The notes under the pieces were generated by a model. It was not told the origin of the DNA. It did no database searches and saw nothing but the letters and a program-made list of their open reading frames with translations. A stretch of 50,517 nt of DNA from Methanosarcinales archaeon. GTDB lineage: Archaea > Halobacteriota > Syntropharchaeia > Alkanophagales > Methanospirareceae. The translations under genes and the position numbers were made by a program. This document shows, piece by piece, positions 38,659 to 47,618 of this stretch. Location: NCBI GenBank assembly GCA_025464585.1, contig JAODGL010000021.1:7876-58392 (forward strand), read 5' to 3'. Numbering within the stretch: position 1 is the first letter of the stretch; each line of letters begins with the position of its first letter.

Positions 38659-39112
38659 ATGTCTCAATTAAAACAAAATCAGGTTACCAATACTGTAACT
38701 TCAGCCTCTGCCAAACAATCCGCGTGTCGGCTTGGATTCTGGACCGCAATCCTCACAGCAGTCGCTGCTACGGTGGCTCTGGGTATCGGCGTCACAACCC
38801 CGCCGCGGTCTGGGACTTTCTGTATGGTGGAATCCGCAAGGGCTCTTCATCGCTCTGGAAGACGTTGGCTATTTGATGATGGGCGTAGCTTTTCTGTTTA
38901 TCGCTCTCACGTTCGGCAGGCGTGAGAGACTTGAACGGATAATACGACTCATCCTCGGCACAAGTTCTGTCCTGGCAGTCGGATCGCTCATCCTCCTCGC
39001 TCTGCTCTACGGAAGCGACCTCGAATACAGATATGGATTTTGGTTGCAGTGGTCGCCGTTGCCAAAGGCAGGAAGCCCTCGCGGCAAACGCTCGGTTGAA
39101 AGGAAAAATTGA
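38659..39112 (+). pseudogene. GC-rich relic of a membrane-protein gene, split over two overlapping frames
   Basis: Frame 1 reads MSQLKQ...GFWTAILTAVAATVALGIGV. Frame 3 reads LFIALEDVGYLMMGVAFLFIALTFG...VLAVGSLILLALLYG. Both look like TM segments but neither frame is complete. GC is visibly higher than in the flanks. Confidence 0.4.
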
Positions 39113-39210
39113 TGGGCAAATTTATCGATATGATTGCAATGAAAATGACAAACAGTCAGGGCAATTGATCAGTACCTTAAAGGTTTAAATATAATTCCAG
39201 GAGGGTAACC

Positions 39211-39330
39211 ATGAAAGTAACTGTTATTTCGTACTCACTGACCGGTAACAACGAGGCTTTGGCCGCTAGTGTAGCCTTATTTTCGGCTCAACATATCAGA
39301 ATCACCGAATCCAAGCCTAGAACTATGGGG
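39211..39330 (+). pseudogene. N-terminal stub (about 40 codons) of a flavodoxin-family gene, read in frame into the next gene
   Basis: MKVTVISYSLTGNNEALAASVA...HIRITESKPRTMG resembles the start of flavodoxin-like proteins. It is then replaced by AT-rich promoter-like sequence (ATAAAAATATTAAATAG). Confidence 0.4.
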
Positions 39331-39396
39331 ATAAAAATATTAAATAGAATATCTGAAAGTAATTCCAATAATTGTCCGCATTTACTAAACATAAAG

Positions 39397-40389
39397 ATGA
39401 AAGGCAGAGATAGAACTTTTTGGCTGACCACATCAAAGAACAATACCCCCGTAGCTTCCTGGCTCGATTACGATTTCTTCACGGAAGAGCAAAAACCGGT
39501 AAAATGCCTGACCGTCATACTGCGGACTGTGGGCTGCCGGTGGAGGAAATGCACCATGTGTGGCTACTGGCACGAATCCGCAGACGTAACACAGGCAGAC
39601 ATTCTGGCTCAACTGGAACGAGCGTTTAGAAACAGCCCTGATGAAGATTTCATACTCAAGATTTTCACTTCCGGCAGTTTCCTCGATGAACGAGAGATAG
39701 CGAGCGATACGAGAAAAGAGATAGCTAAGATGGTGAAAAAGAGGAAAATAAAGAAGCTAATAGTAGAGACAAGACCAGAATTTGTGAGCGCGGAAAAAAT
39801 CGCGGACCTGGAAGTCGTTGAACATCTTGAGCTCGCTATCGGGTTAGAAACCGCAGATGATTTCATCCGCACTAAATACATAAACAAAGGTTTTTCGTTT
39901 GAAGATTATAAGACAGCGGCGAAAATCGTGAACGAATCCGGGGCAACTGTAAAAACGTATCTCTTGCTTAAGCCCCCTTTTGTATCCGAGAAAAAGGCAA
40001 TAGAAGACGTTATAAAATCCGCTGCACTTGTCTCTCCTTACAGTTCCACCATCTCGTTGAACCTATGCAATGTGCAGAAATACACACCGTTAGAAGATTT
40101 GTGGAGAAAGAGATATTACAGACCACCGTGGCTCTGGAGTGCTGTCGAGGCGATAAAAAAGATGAAGAAACAGGATGTCGCGGTCCTGTCAGACCCCGTG
40201 GGGGCGGGGCATAAAAGAGGACCGCATAATTGTGGTAAGTGCGATACGAGGGTAACGGAAGCGATAAAGAAATTTAACGGAACACAGGACTTAAGCGTGT
40301 TAGAACGCCTCGAGGATTGCGAGTGTAAGGAAACGTGGCACGCAATGCTAAATTTTGATGTTTTTCTGTTTGGAGCAAGTCTTTTTTAA
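39397..40389 (+). CDS. Radical-SAM protein of the archaeosine-biosynthesis RaSEA (TIGR01210-like) type
   Basis: LTVILRTVGCRWRKCTMCGY Cys cluster, ELAIGLETADD and a C-terminal CGKC. The start is placed at MKGRDRTF (39397) instead of 39211. Confidence 0.55.
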   Translation: MKGRDRTFWLTTSKNNTPVASWLDYDFFTEEQKPVKCLTVILRTVGCRWRKCTMCGYWHESADVTQADILAQLERAFRNSPDEDFILKIFTSGSFLDEREIASDTRKEIAKMVKKRKIKKLIVETRPEFVSAEKIADLEVVEHLELAIGLETADDFIRTKYINKGFSFEDYKTAAKIVNESGATVKTYLLLKPPFVSEKKAIEDVIKSAALVSPYSSTISLNLCNVQKYTPLEDLWRKRYYRPPWLWSAVEAIKKMKKQDVAVLSDPVGAGHKRGPHNCGKCDTRVTEAIKKFNGTQDLSVLERLEDCECKETWHAMLNFDVFLFGASLF

Positions 40390-40431
40390 GCATAAAGTTT
40401 TTGTATATTAGCGCAAACCGGAGCCGAAGTA

Positions 40432-41646
40432 ATGAAGAATAGATATCTGAAAGGAATCAGCACAAATATACTTCTATTGGGCGTTGTCAGCTTCCTGAAC
40501 GATTTAAGTAGTGAAATGATCATCCCGATTTTACCCCTGTTCATCACGGCGTTAGGCGGTGCAGGTGTGATTTTGGGGTTAATTGGTGGATTACAAGAGA
40601 GCATATCAAGCATATTAAAGGTTCTTTCTGGGTACTGGTCTGACAAAATAGGAAGGAGGAAGATATTTGTATCCTCTGGCTATCTGACTTCCGCAGGCTT
40701 CAAGTTGCTTCTGTCCCTCTCCACGCTATGGCAGCACATATTGGTCTTCAGCAGTTTTGAACGCGTTGGCAAAGGACTGAGGACGGCACCAAGAGATGCA
40801 ATTATCGCGGATTCCATGCCGGAAGCGAGAGGCAAGGGATTCGGAATACACCGAGCTCTTGATACATCCGGTGCAATTGCCGGCTCGGTACTTGTTCTGC
40901 TTTTACTTTTGTTCTTCTGGCTCGAACTCGAGCAAATCGCATATCAAATCGGTTTTTACAAGTCAATCATATTCATAGCGGCGATAATCGCTTTTTTCTC
41001 CTTAGTCCCACTTTATTTTGTAAAAGAAGGAAGAAGAGAGCCACAGCAGATAAGATTACAGATAAGCCTGAAAGAACTGCCCGAACGCCTTAAGTTGTTC
41101 ATTATGGTGGCTGCTCTCTTTGCGTTAGCCAATTTCACCTACATGTTCTTCATATTAAAGGCATGGGATGCTTTCATGCTAATTATACCCGTGAAGGAGT
41201 TAACGGCTCTCGTTATACTTTTATATATCCTCTTTAACTCCTTTTATGCCTTGCTCGCCATTCCTTTTGGCACGCTGTCAGACAGAATAGGGCGGAGGAA
41301 AGTACTTATTTTTGGCTACTTTCTGTTCTCAGTGACCTGCCTTGGATTTGCTTTTTTCGATTCACTCGCTGCATTTTTAGTTTTATTCCCCCTTTATGGC
41401 GTGGTATATGCGATGGTAGACGGTAACCAAAGGGCTTTTGTATCTGACTTATCCACAGAAGAACTAAGGGCAACCGCTTTAGGCACTTTTCATACGATGA
41501 TCGGTTTAGTCGCATTACCTGCAAGTTTAACAGCAGGGCTTTTATGGCAAGCGATTAATCCAAATGCTGCCTTCATTTATGGTAGTGTAATCAGCCTCAC
41601 CACCGTTATTTTATTCCTTATTTTCAGAAATTATTTTACGGATTAG
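40432..41646 (+). CDS. Major facilitator superfamily transporter
   Basis: About 12 TM segments. MFS loop motifs GYWSDKIGRRK and GTLSDRIGRRK are present in both halves. Confidence 0.8.
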   Translation: MKNRYLKGISTNILLLGVVSFLNDLSSEMIIPILPLFITALGGAGVILGLIGGLQESISSILKVLSGYWSDKIGRRKIFVSSGYLTSAGFKLLLSLSTLWQHILVFSSFERVGKGLRTAPRDAIIADSMPEARGKGFGIHRALDTSGAIAGSVLVLLLLLFFWLELEQIAYQIGFYKSIIFIAAIIAFFSLVPLYFVKEGRREPQQIRLQISLKELPERLKLFIMVAALFALANFTYMFFILKAWDAFMLIIPVKELTALVILLYILFNSFYALLAIPFGTLSDRIGRRKVLIFGYFLFSVTCLGFAFFDSLAAFLVLFPLYGVVYAMVDGNQRAFVSDLSTEELRATALGTFHTMIGLVALPASLTAGLLWQAINPNAAFIYGSVISLTTVILFLIFRNYFTD

Positions 41647-41723
41647 TTAGGATTGAGGAGAGGCAGGGAAAATTATTTATATACCCTTGTTTTTAGAAAA
41701 TATCGGGAGGCAAAAAAGAAAAG

Positions 41724-42176
41724 ATGAAAATAAAAAAGATAGAAAAGCTGCTTATATTTGTGAACTCAGGCATGGACAGACCTTTCAGCCAGTATGCGAG
41801 CTACGCAATTGCTTTTACCGCGAAGAAAATCCATAACATTCCGGATGTTATGGTGTACTATGGACCGCAAGGAGTAGAAGTAGCGAAGAAGGGGAACTTA
41901 GCGAAATTAGCTTTCTCAGAAGATGTGAAGAAGCTAATTGCTGACCAGTTCGAGGGTTTAAAGCCAGAAGACCTGCCGGACAATCTGGAACTGCTGGCGC
42001 GATTTGTAAAAGACGCCCTGGGGGTGAAAATCGGCTCGTGTGCGACATTCCATGTTGTTAGTGGCTTCGCTACATCAGTAGAAGACACATCAAATATCGA
42101 AGATTTCATAATGCCCGTGAAAATCCCGGATGCAGTAGAAGCAGCACTTAGTGCAGACAAAATCCTGGTCTTATAA
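41724..42176 (+). CDS. DsrE/DsrF-like (sulfur-relay fold) family protein, tentative
   Basis: 150 aa. The KLLIFVNSG start and the overall alternating pattern resemble the DsrE-like fold. No firm motif. Confidence 0.3.
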   Translation: MKIKKIEKLLIFVNSGMDRPFSQYASYAIAFTAKKIHNIPDVMVYYGPQGVEVAKKGNLAKLAFSEDVKKLIADQFEGLKPEDLPDNLELLARFVKDALGVKIGSCATFHVVSGFATSVEDTSNIEDFIMPVKIPDAVEAALSADKILVL

Positions 42177-42194
42177 AGACCTTCAAAAGCCCCC

Positions 42195-42217
42195 TTTTTT
42201 CTTTTTTCCCCCTTTTT
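42195..42217 (+). terminator. Oligo-T tracts (T6, T6, T5) directly 3' of the preceding gene
   Basis: CCCCTTTTTTCTTTTTTCCCCCTTTTT as read directly. Oligo-T runs are the usual archaeal termination signal. Confidence 0.45.
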
Positions 42218-42251
42218 ATCAACATTTTCTCCCGCAACTTTCTCTTTTAAA

Positions 42252-42281
42252 TAAATCTGCGTAAATCCGTGTAAATCAGTG
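42252..42281 (+). repeat. Three tandem 10-bp units TAAATCnnnG with exact 10-bp phasing
   Basis: TAAATCTGCG TAAATCCGTG TAAATCAGTG, about 120 nt upstream of the cbiX/cfbA start. Confidence 0.6.
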
Positions 42282-42402
42282 TCTTAAATAGAGGGAAGTT
42301 ATACTATATACAACAACGAAAAAAATCGAAAATTATTTTAAGCCTTGTTGAATTGGTTAATGATAGAAGCGTTTAATAACACAAGATATAGAGGTGAAAA
42401 AG

Positions 42403-42828
42403 ATGACAAAAGAGGGAAATAGAGCAGTAGGAGAAAGCGAAGAGGATATTGCTGTCGTTTTAATAGGTCATGGGAGCAAACTACCGTATGGCAAAGAAGT
42501 GATGGAAGAGTTTGGAAGGCGAATAGAAATGCGAGGGATATTTAAAGCGGTAAGGGTCGCTTTTATGCAATTGAACTCGCCGAGTATAGAGGAAGCATTG
42601 AGGAAACTTGCTAAAGACGGAATGAAGAATATAGTGGCACTGCCAGTTTTTTTAGCAGACGGAGCGCATACTACGGAAGACATCCCGGAGAAGTTGAAAG
42701 TTGCCTTCGAAGGACCCTGGGAGGAGATAGGAAGAGATGTAAAACTAACTTACGCAAAGCCAATAGGGGTGGACGAACGGATTGTGGACATATTACTGGA
42801 CCGTGTAAAAGAAGCGATGGAAGAATAA
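42403..42828 (+). CDS. cbiX: Small-type sirohydrochlorin chelatase (CbiX-S; CfbA-type Ni-chelatase if the host makes F430)
   Basis: VVLIGHGSKLPYGKEV and ALPVFLADGAHTTEDIP (catalytic His pair). The ATG at 42403 is preceded by GAGGTG. Confidence 0.75.
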   Translation: MTKEGNRAVGESEEDIAVVLIGHGSKLPYGKEVMEEFGRRIEMRGIFKAVRVAFMQLNSPSIEEALRKLAKDGMKNIVALPVFLADGAHTTEDIPEKLKVAFEGPWEEIGRDVKLTYAKPIGVDERIVDILLDRVKEAMEE

Positions 42829-42879
42829 AGCATTATTTACTCAACAATTCAGATAACCTGTGTTTTCATCTCGCCTCAG

Positions 42880-42964
42880 TGCGGGGGGAGGGATTTGAAC
42901 CCTCGTATCCCTACGGAACAGGATCTTAAGTCCTGCGCCTTTGTCCATGCTCGGCTACCCCCGC
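42880..42964 (-). tRNA. tRNA-Leu (anticodon TAA), type II with a long variable arm, no encoded CCA
   Basis: Hand-folded. The acceptor is GCGGGGG/CCCCCGC. The anticodon stem is CAGGA/UCCUG and the loop is CUUAAGA. The variable arm is 14 nt. The T arm is GAGGG-UUCAAAU-CCCUC. Confidence 0.9.
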
Positions 42965-43050
42965 TTCTTTTCCGGTGATAAAATTGATCTTTTCAATTAT
43001 ATTTTTATAGCGGCTATGAATATTTATCAAGAAAGGTGAAAAGAAAAGGA

Positions 43051-44184
43051 ATGATGGATAGAAGAGAGATAAAAGAAGTTCTGGACGGCTATGAGCTTGA
43101 TGAAGCGATTATAGGCGTATTGGGGTCTCACTCATCGCTGGACGTGTGCGATGGAGCGAAGGAAGAGGGGTTCAAGACATTAGTGATAGCGGAGCGAGGC
43201 AGAGAAGAGCCTTATACAAAGTATTTCGTTCAGCGAGAAGTAAACGGTCTGCGAAAAGGAGTGGTGGATGAAAACATCGTGCTGGAAAAGTTCTCTGATT
43301 TGATGGACGAGAGCGTGCAGGAGAAATTGAGGGAGAAGAATACGCTTTTCATTCCCAACAGGTCTTTTGTTGTTTATACCGGCATAGATAACGTGGAAGA
43401 TAAATTCAGGGTGCCGTTGGTGGGCAGCAGGGACATGCTCCGGATGGAAGAGAGAGGGGAAGAAAAGGACTATTATTGGCTCTGTAAGCGCGCAGGGATT
43501 CCCACTCCTACTGAGTACACACCTGAAGATATAGATACACTGGTGATGGTAAAACTTCCACATGCGGTAATGCATTTAGAAAGGGGTTTCTTTACTGCTC
43601 GCAGCAGGCAAGAATACAAGGATAAAGCGTCGAGGTTGATAAAACGGGGCATAATAAAAGAGGAAGAGTTAGAAAACGCGCGAATCGAGAAATATGTGAT
43701 AGGACCGGTATTCAATTTCGATTTCTTCTATTCACCGCTGGACGAGGAACTGGAGCTTTTGGGCGTGGATTGGCGGTTCGAGTCAAACCTGGATGGAATG
43801 GTAAGAATACCGAAATCGCAGGAATTACCGGATGAGCTGAAAGAGCCGCTGATGATTGTCGTCGGGCATGCTTCCGCAACGCTTCGTGAAAGCTTGTTGA
43901 ATAAGATGTTCCCAATCGCGGAGAAGTTCGTGCAGTTTGCAAAGGAGGAGTATTCAGCAGGGATGATAGGTCCTTTCTGCTTACAGACTATCGTGGATGA
44001 GAACATGGATTTCTGGGTGTATGACATCGCTACGAGGATAGGCGGTGGAACGAACATACACATGTATGGCGGGCATCCCTATGGTAACGCGCTTTTCAGG
44101 TGCAATATGAGTTCAGGCAGGAGGCTTGTGTTGGAGATAAAGCGCGCGATTGAGATGGATGCGATGGATAAAATCGTGACATGA
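43051..44184 (+). CDS. purP: 5-formaminoimidazole-4-carboxamide ribonucleotide (FAICAR) synthetase PurP (ATP-grasp)
   Basis: IIGVLGSHSSLDVCDGAKEEGFKT, VIGPVFNFDFFYSP and the ATRIGGGTN pattern of archaeal PurP. The GTG at 43036 is an alternative start. Confidence 0.85.
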   Translation: MMDRREIKEVLDGYELDEAIIGVLGSHSSLDVCDGAKEEGFKTLVIAERGREEPYTKYFVQREVNGLRKGVVDENIVLEKFSDLMDESVQEKLREKNTLFIPNRSFVVYTGIDNVEDKFRVPLVGSRDMLRMEERGEEKDYYWLCKRAGIPTPTEYTPEDIDTLVMVKLPHAVMHLERGFFTARSRQEYKDKASRLIKRGIIKEEELENARIEKYVIGPVFNFDFFYSPLDEELELLGVDWRFESNLDGMVRIPKSQELPDELKEPLMIVVGHASATLRESLLNKMFPIAEKFVQFAKEEYSAGMIGPFCLQTIVDENMDFWVYDIATRIGGGTNIHMYGGHPYGNALFRCNMSSGRRLVLEIKRAIEMDAMDKIVT

Positions 44185-44212
44185 GGTAATATTTGCTAAT
44201 ATAAACTCAATT

Positions 44213-44401
44213 ATGTGCGAATCAAGCGTACTGGTGGAAAGAGATGGAAACAGAGAATTATTGATGGAGGATGTAGTGCATGTAGAAGTTAATGGGGAAG
44301 ATATAAAATTCATGGGAATATTAGGCGAGACACAAACCGCAAAGGGAAGGATAAAGGAAATAAATCTGATGAAGCATACAATTGTGATGGAACCTCTTTA
44401 A
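44213..44401 (+). CDS. cooT: CooT-family small nickel-binding protein
   Basis: 62 aa beginning MCE (the Cys2 Ni ligand of the CooT family). The beta-rich pattern is VLVERDGNRELLMEDVVHVEVNGEDIKF. Confidence 0.5.
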   Translation: MCESSVLVERDGNRELLMEDVVHVEVNGEDIKFMGILGETQTAKGRIKEINLMKHTIVMEPL

Positions 44402-44418
44402 TAAAAAGTGCTCATGAT

Positions 44419-44760
44419 TTAATCGATTCTACCAACAGGCATTATATATAGTGGTTCCTCTTGCTCTTCTGCATTCACGATTTCTTTTACTTTATCGTCA
44501 ATGAATGCTCCTATGACGAAAGTTCCGAGGTCTAAGGAAACTGCTTGCAAATACACATTCTGTGCTGCGTGCCCGGCTTCCATGTGCACATACCTTATCC
44601 CTCTTAAATAGCTCGCTCCTGTTCATTTTATCCTTCCCCCAACTTCTATTTTATTCACGCCTATGCGTTTCTTCTCCACTGGTGGTTCGGGTTTATACGA
44701 GATAATAAGAATTGTAGTTAGTACTATTGCTACAACTATGACTGATATTGTTTTATTCAT
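44419..44760 (-). pseudogene. SagB/nitroreductase-family gene remnant with a large internal deletion and a frameshift
   Basis: The N-terminal TM piece is MNKTISVIVVAIVLTTILIISYKPEPP... (stop after 45 codons). In another frame the family C-terminus reads YLRGIRYVHMEAGHAAQNVYLQAVSLDLGTFVIGAFIDDKVKEIV...PLYIMPVGRID. The middle of the protein is absent. Confidence 0.6.
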
Positions 44761-44794
44761 CTATCTTGTATTCGTAATTGCTTCTCTTTCCCTC

Positions 44795-45235
44795 TCACAA
44801 GCTAACCTTAAGCTCTTCCTTCATCGTCTTTAGCACGAGCTCTGCATCCACACTTTCCACACCCTCTATCTTCTTCTTTTTCTCGATTACCGTTCCACAT
44901 TTATCATGACCCGTGCATTTAGAGATGACGAGCAGGTCAAAATCACCGGTTACGTGGTGAACGCAACAACTTTCATCCAGTTTCGCTATCTCTTTACCCA
45001 CCTCTTCCACACTATATCCAGGCTTGGTCTTTATCTTCGTGATTAACGTAACCATGCCGAGTTCCGAGGTATTGAGAACCGCAGTATAACCGCAGATAAT
45101 GCCTTTTTCTGTTAGCCTTTTCACTCTCTCGCTTACAGTGGCAGTGCTTACACCTATTTTGCGCGCAATCTTCGTGAAGGAATTACGAGAATCCAACTGC
45201 AGTTCTCTCAATATCTTCTTATCTAAATCATCCAT
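44795..45235 (-). CDS. Lrp/AsnC-family transcriptional regulator
   Basis: MDDLDKKILRELQLDSRNSFTKIARKIGVSTATVSERVKRL (HTH) plus a C-terminal RAM-like domain. Length is 146 aa. Confidence 0.9.
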   Translation of the reverse strand: MDDLDKKILRELQLDSRNSFTKIARKIGVSTATVSERVKRLTEKGIICGYTAVLNTSELGMVTLITKIKTKPGYSVEEVGKEIAKLDESCCVHHVTGDFDLLVISKCTGHDKCGTVIEKKKKIEGVESVDAELVLKTMKEELKVSL

Positions 45236-45354
45236 TTTTTATCCTGCTTTATATTCATTCTTCTTTACTTGACATATCCATCAACTCTTGATAATTTGCA
45301 TCTTAATATTATATAAAACTTGATGGTTTTTAACGATTATAAAAGGATTAGCAT

Positions 45355-46479
45355 TCACCTGATAATTCTGTCAAACGCTTGCGAAAGCAAATCAATATTT
45401 GCACTGCCATAACTTATTCTAACACACCCTCTGCCCTGTGACCCGAATGCGCTTCCTGGAACCACGCCCACACCCTTCTCCAGCAGCTCATCTGCCAGTT
45501 CGAGGTCATCAGCACCGTTGAAATACGGAAAAACATAGAATGCTCCGCCAGGTTTGGCGCACACCACGTCCATCTCACCAATACGTTTCATTACGTAGTC
45601 TCTTCTGCTCTTTAACTCCTCACACATCTGCTCAGCAGCGAGCTTCGCTTCATCCGAGAATGCCGCTAACGCACCGTATTGTGCGAAAGATGTACAGCAG
45701 GAGAGAGATTGTTGATGTACGATGTCTATCCGGTCAATGATGGCACGGTCAGCGCAGGCGCAATATCCGAGCCGCCATCCGGTCATACTGTAGGTTTTGC
45801 TGAACGCATTCACGGTTATTACGTTCTCGTATTCACTGGCGGGGCTGTAATGTTTACCTTCGTAGATGATTTTCTCATATACCTCATCAGAAATCACGAA
45901 GATGTCTCTTTCAACGCACACATCCATTATCTTTTTGATGGTTCTCTCCGGGATAACCGCTCCCGTGGGGTTGCCTGGCGAATTAAGGATGAGCAGTTTC
46001 GCATTTGTCTCTTCCAATTCATTCATAAAATCTTCTCCCGGGATAAAGCCTTCTTCAGGCTTCAAAGTAAGCCATTCCACTTCTGCGTTAGCCAACTTGA
46101 TTTGAGCTTCATAACTTACCCATGCTGGGTTCGGAATTGCGACCACATCGCCTTTACCGGCTAAAGCCATGATGATACAGTAGATTATCTGTTTTCCGCC
46201 GCCAGAAACAAGAATCTTATCCCTGTCGAGGTTTGTGATATTGTTTTCCCCCTCCAGTTTCTCTGCGATTGCCTTCCTGAGCTCAGGTATGCCTTTAGAG
46301 GGCGTATAATGAACTCTTCCCTCATCCAACGCCTTTTTTGCCGCCTCCTTGATCACCTGTGGTGTGTCAAAGTCCGGTCTGCCTATGGTTAAGTTTATCA
46401 CGCCCGGTTTCTTCGCCGCAGCATCATATTTGAAAGTTGCCGAAGGCTTCACTCCCAATACCCGGTCTGCAAAAATCAT
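45355..46479 (-). CDS. Class I/II pyridoxal-phosphate aminotransferase (aspartate/aromatic type)
   Basis: NPGNPTG, SDEVYEKIIY and FSKTYSMTGWRLGY (the PLP-lysine motif). Confidence 0.85.
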   Translation of the reverse strand: MIFADRVLGVKPSATFKYDAAAKKPGVINLTIGRPDFDTPQVIKEAAKKALDEGRVHYTPSKGIPELRKAIAEKLEGENNITNLDRDKILVSGGGKQIIYCIIMALAGKGDVVAIPNPAWVSYEAQIKLANAEVEWLTLKPEEGFIPGEDFMNELEETNAKLLILNSPGNPTGAVIPERTIKKIMDVCVERDIFVISDEVYEKIIYEGKHYSPASEYENVITVNAFSKTYSMTGWRLGYCACADRAIIDRIDIVHQQSLSCCTSFAQYGALAAFSDEAKLAAEQMCEELKSRRDYVMKRIGEMDVVCAKPGGAFYVFPYFNGADDLELADELLEKGVGVVPGSAFGSQGRGCVRISYGSANIDLLSQAFDRIIR

Positions 46480-46485
46480 TTCTTT

Positions 46486-47616
46486 TTATACCACATCCTT
46501 CAAATCTTCCAGGAACTTCTTCACCGTTTCCTCCTTCACATGCGGCATTATCACCAATCGAAGTGCTTTTGGCACTCTTGTTACTGAAACTCGCCATCCC
46601 TTCCCTTCCAACGCATTCGCTACCTTCTCTACCTCTTCAACACTCAACGTTACCAGGTTCATAACGGGCTCTATCACTGGAGAAATGCCTATCTTCCTCG
46701 CACCTCTCACTAACATCCTCGTTAGTCTCATACATTCACCTACAATTTCCCTTAGTCCTTCTCTACCAAGATATTTGAGAACCGAAAAAGTAGCCACTGC
46801 TGATGCACCACTTCTTGTCCCTATCAGCGAACACTGCTCTTTTGTCGTTAAATAAGGCGTAGATACCGCCAACTCATTTAAATACGATTCTTCTCGAAAC
46901 AAAATACATCCCGCGGGAATTGTGCTCATACCCATCTTATGCGGGTCTATTGAGATAGACGATACACCATCAAGCGAGAAATCGAACTCATACTTCTCAT
47001 CTAAAAACGGAATTACGAAACCTCCGAAGGCAGCGTCAACGTGCAAGAAAATGTTTTTCTCAAGAGCAATCTCCGAAATCTTCTTTATTGGATCTATCTG
47101 TCCAAATTCAGTCGTACCTGCTATTCCCACCACGCATATCGTTTTGTCATCTATCAATTCCTCCAGCGAGTTCACATCCATTCTCAACTCCTCATCCAGA
47201 GCTGCTTTACGCACTTCTATGCTCAAAATATCTGCAATTTTATCAAACGAGAAATGTGCTGTCTCTGGCACAATTATGTTCATATCTTTCAGTCCTTCCC
47301 TCCTTTTTCTGTTCCTTATTGCGTGTATCGCCTGTATGTTGGATTCCGTTCCCCCAGTGGAGATGTATCCATAGGCGTGCTCATTGCCCAACAGTGCTCC
47401 TATCATCCTTATCGCTTCATCCTCCATCTCCTTTGTCCCTGGAAATAATCCGGGGTCTCCTAAATTCGATTCCAGGAACATCCTATGTGCATACGCTGCT
47501 ATTTCATGTGGATATGTGCACATCGAGCTCAAGATTTTATCATACGCTATGTCCTTCCGCTTCTTCTCATGAAGCAACGACTCTATCTCTTCTCTACTCA
47601 TACCTCGCTCTTCCAT
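46486..47616 (-). CDS. mfnA: L-tyrosine/L-aspartate decarboxylase (group II PLP decarboxylase)
   Basis: ILSSMCTYPH, GGTESNIQA and SIDPHKMG (PLP-Lys). The start is moved to MEERGMS (ATG 47616), 2 nt after the upstream gene's stop. Confidence 0.85.
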   Translation of the reverse strand: MEERGMSREEIESLLHEKKRKDIAYDKILSSMCTYPHEIAAYAHRMFLESNLGDPGLFPGTKEMEDEAIRMIGALLGNEHAYGYISTGGTESNIQAIHAIRNRKRREGLKDMNIIVPETAHFSFDKIADILSIEVRKAALDEELRMDVNSLEELIDDKTICVVGIAGTTEFGQIDPIKKISEIALEKNIFLHVDAAFGGFVIPFLDEKYEFDFSLDGVSSISIDPHKMGMSTIPAGCILFREESYLNELAVSTPYLTTKEQCSLIGTRSGASAVATFSVLKYLGREGLREIVGECMRLTRMLVRGARKIGISPVIEPVMNLVTLSVEEVEKVANALEGKGWRVSVTRVPKALRLVIMPHVKEETVKKFLEDLKDVV

Positions 47617-47618
47617 TT

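Noticed and set aside
39211-40389. Treating the 392-aa ORF as one fused flavodoxin and radical-SAM protein
   Set aside because: The flavodoxin-like similarity stops after about 40 residues. It is followed by about 20 codons of AT-rich promoter-like sequence. A good internal ATG (39397) gives a protein of the expected RaSEA size. An accidental in-frame read-through is more likely than a real fusion.
45236-45354. Possible Lrp autoregulatory sites (repeated CTTGA(T/C)A-like words and a 7-bp CCATCAA/TTGATGG inverted pair)
   Set aside because: These are short AT-rich words that are expected by chance in an AT-rich promoter region. There is no clear 13-15-bp palindrome.
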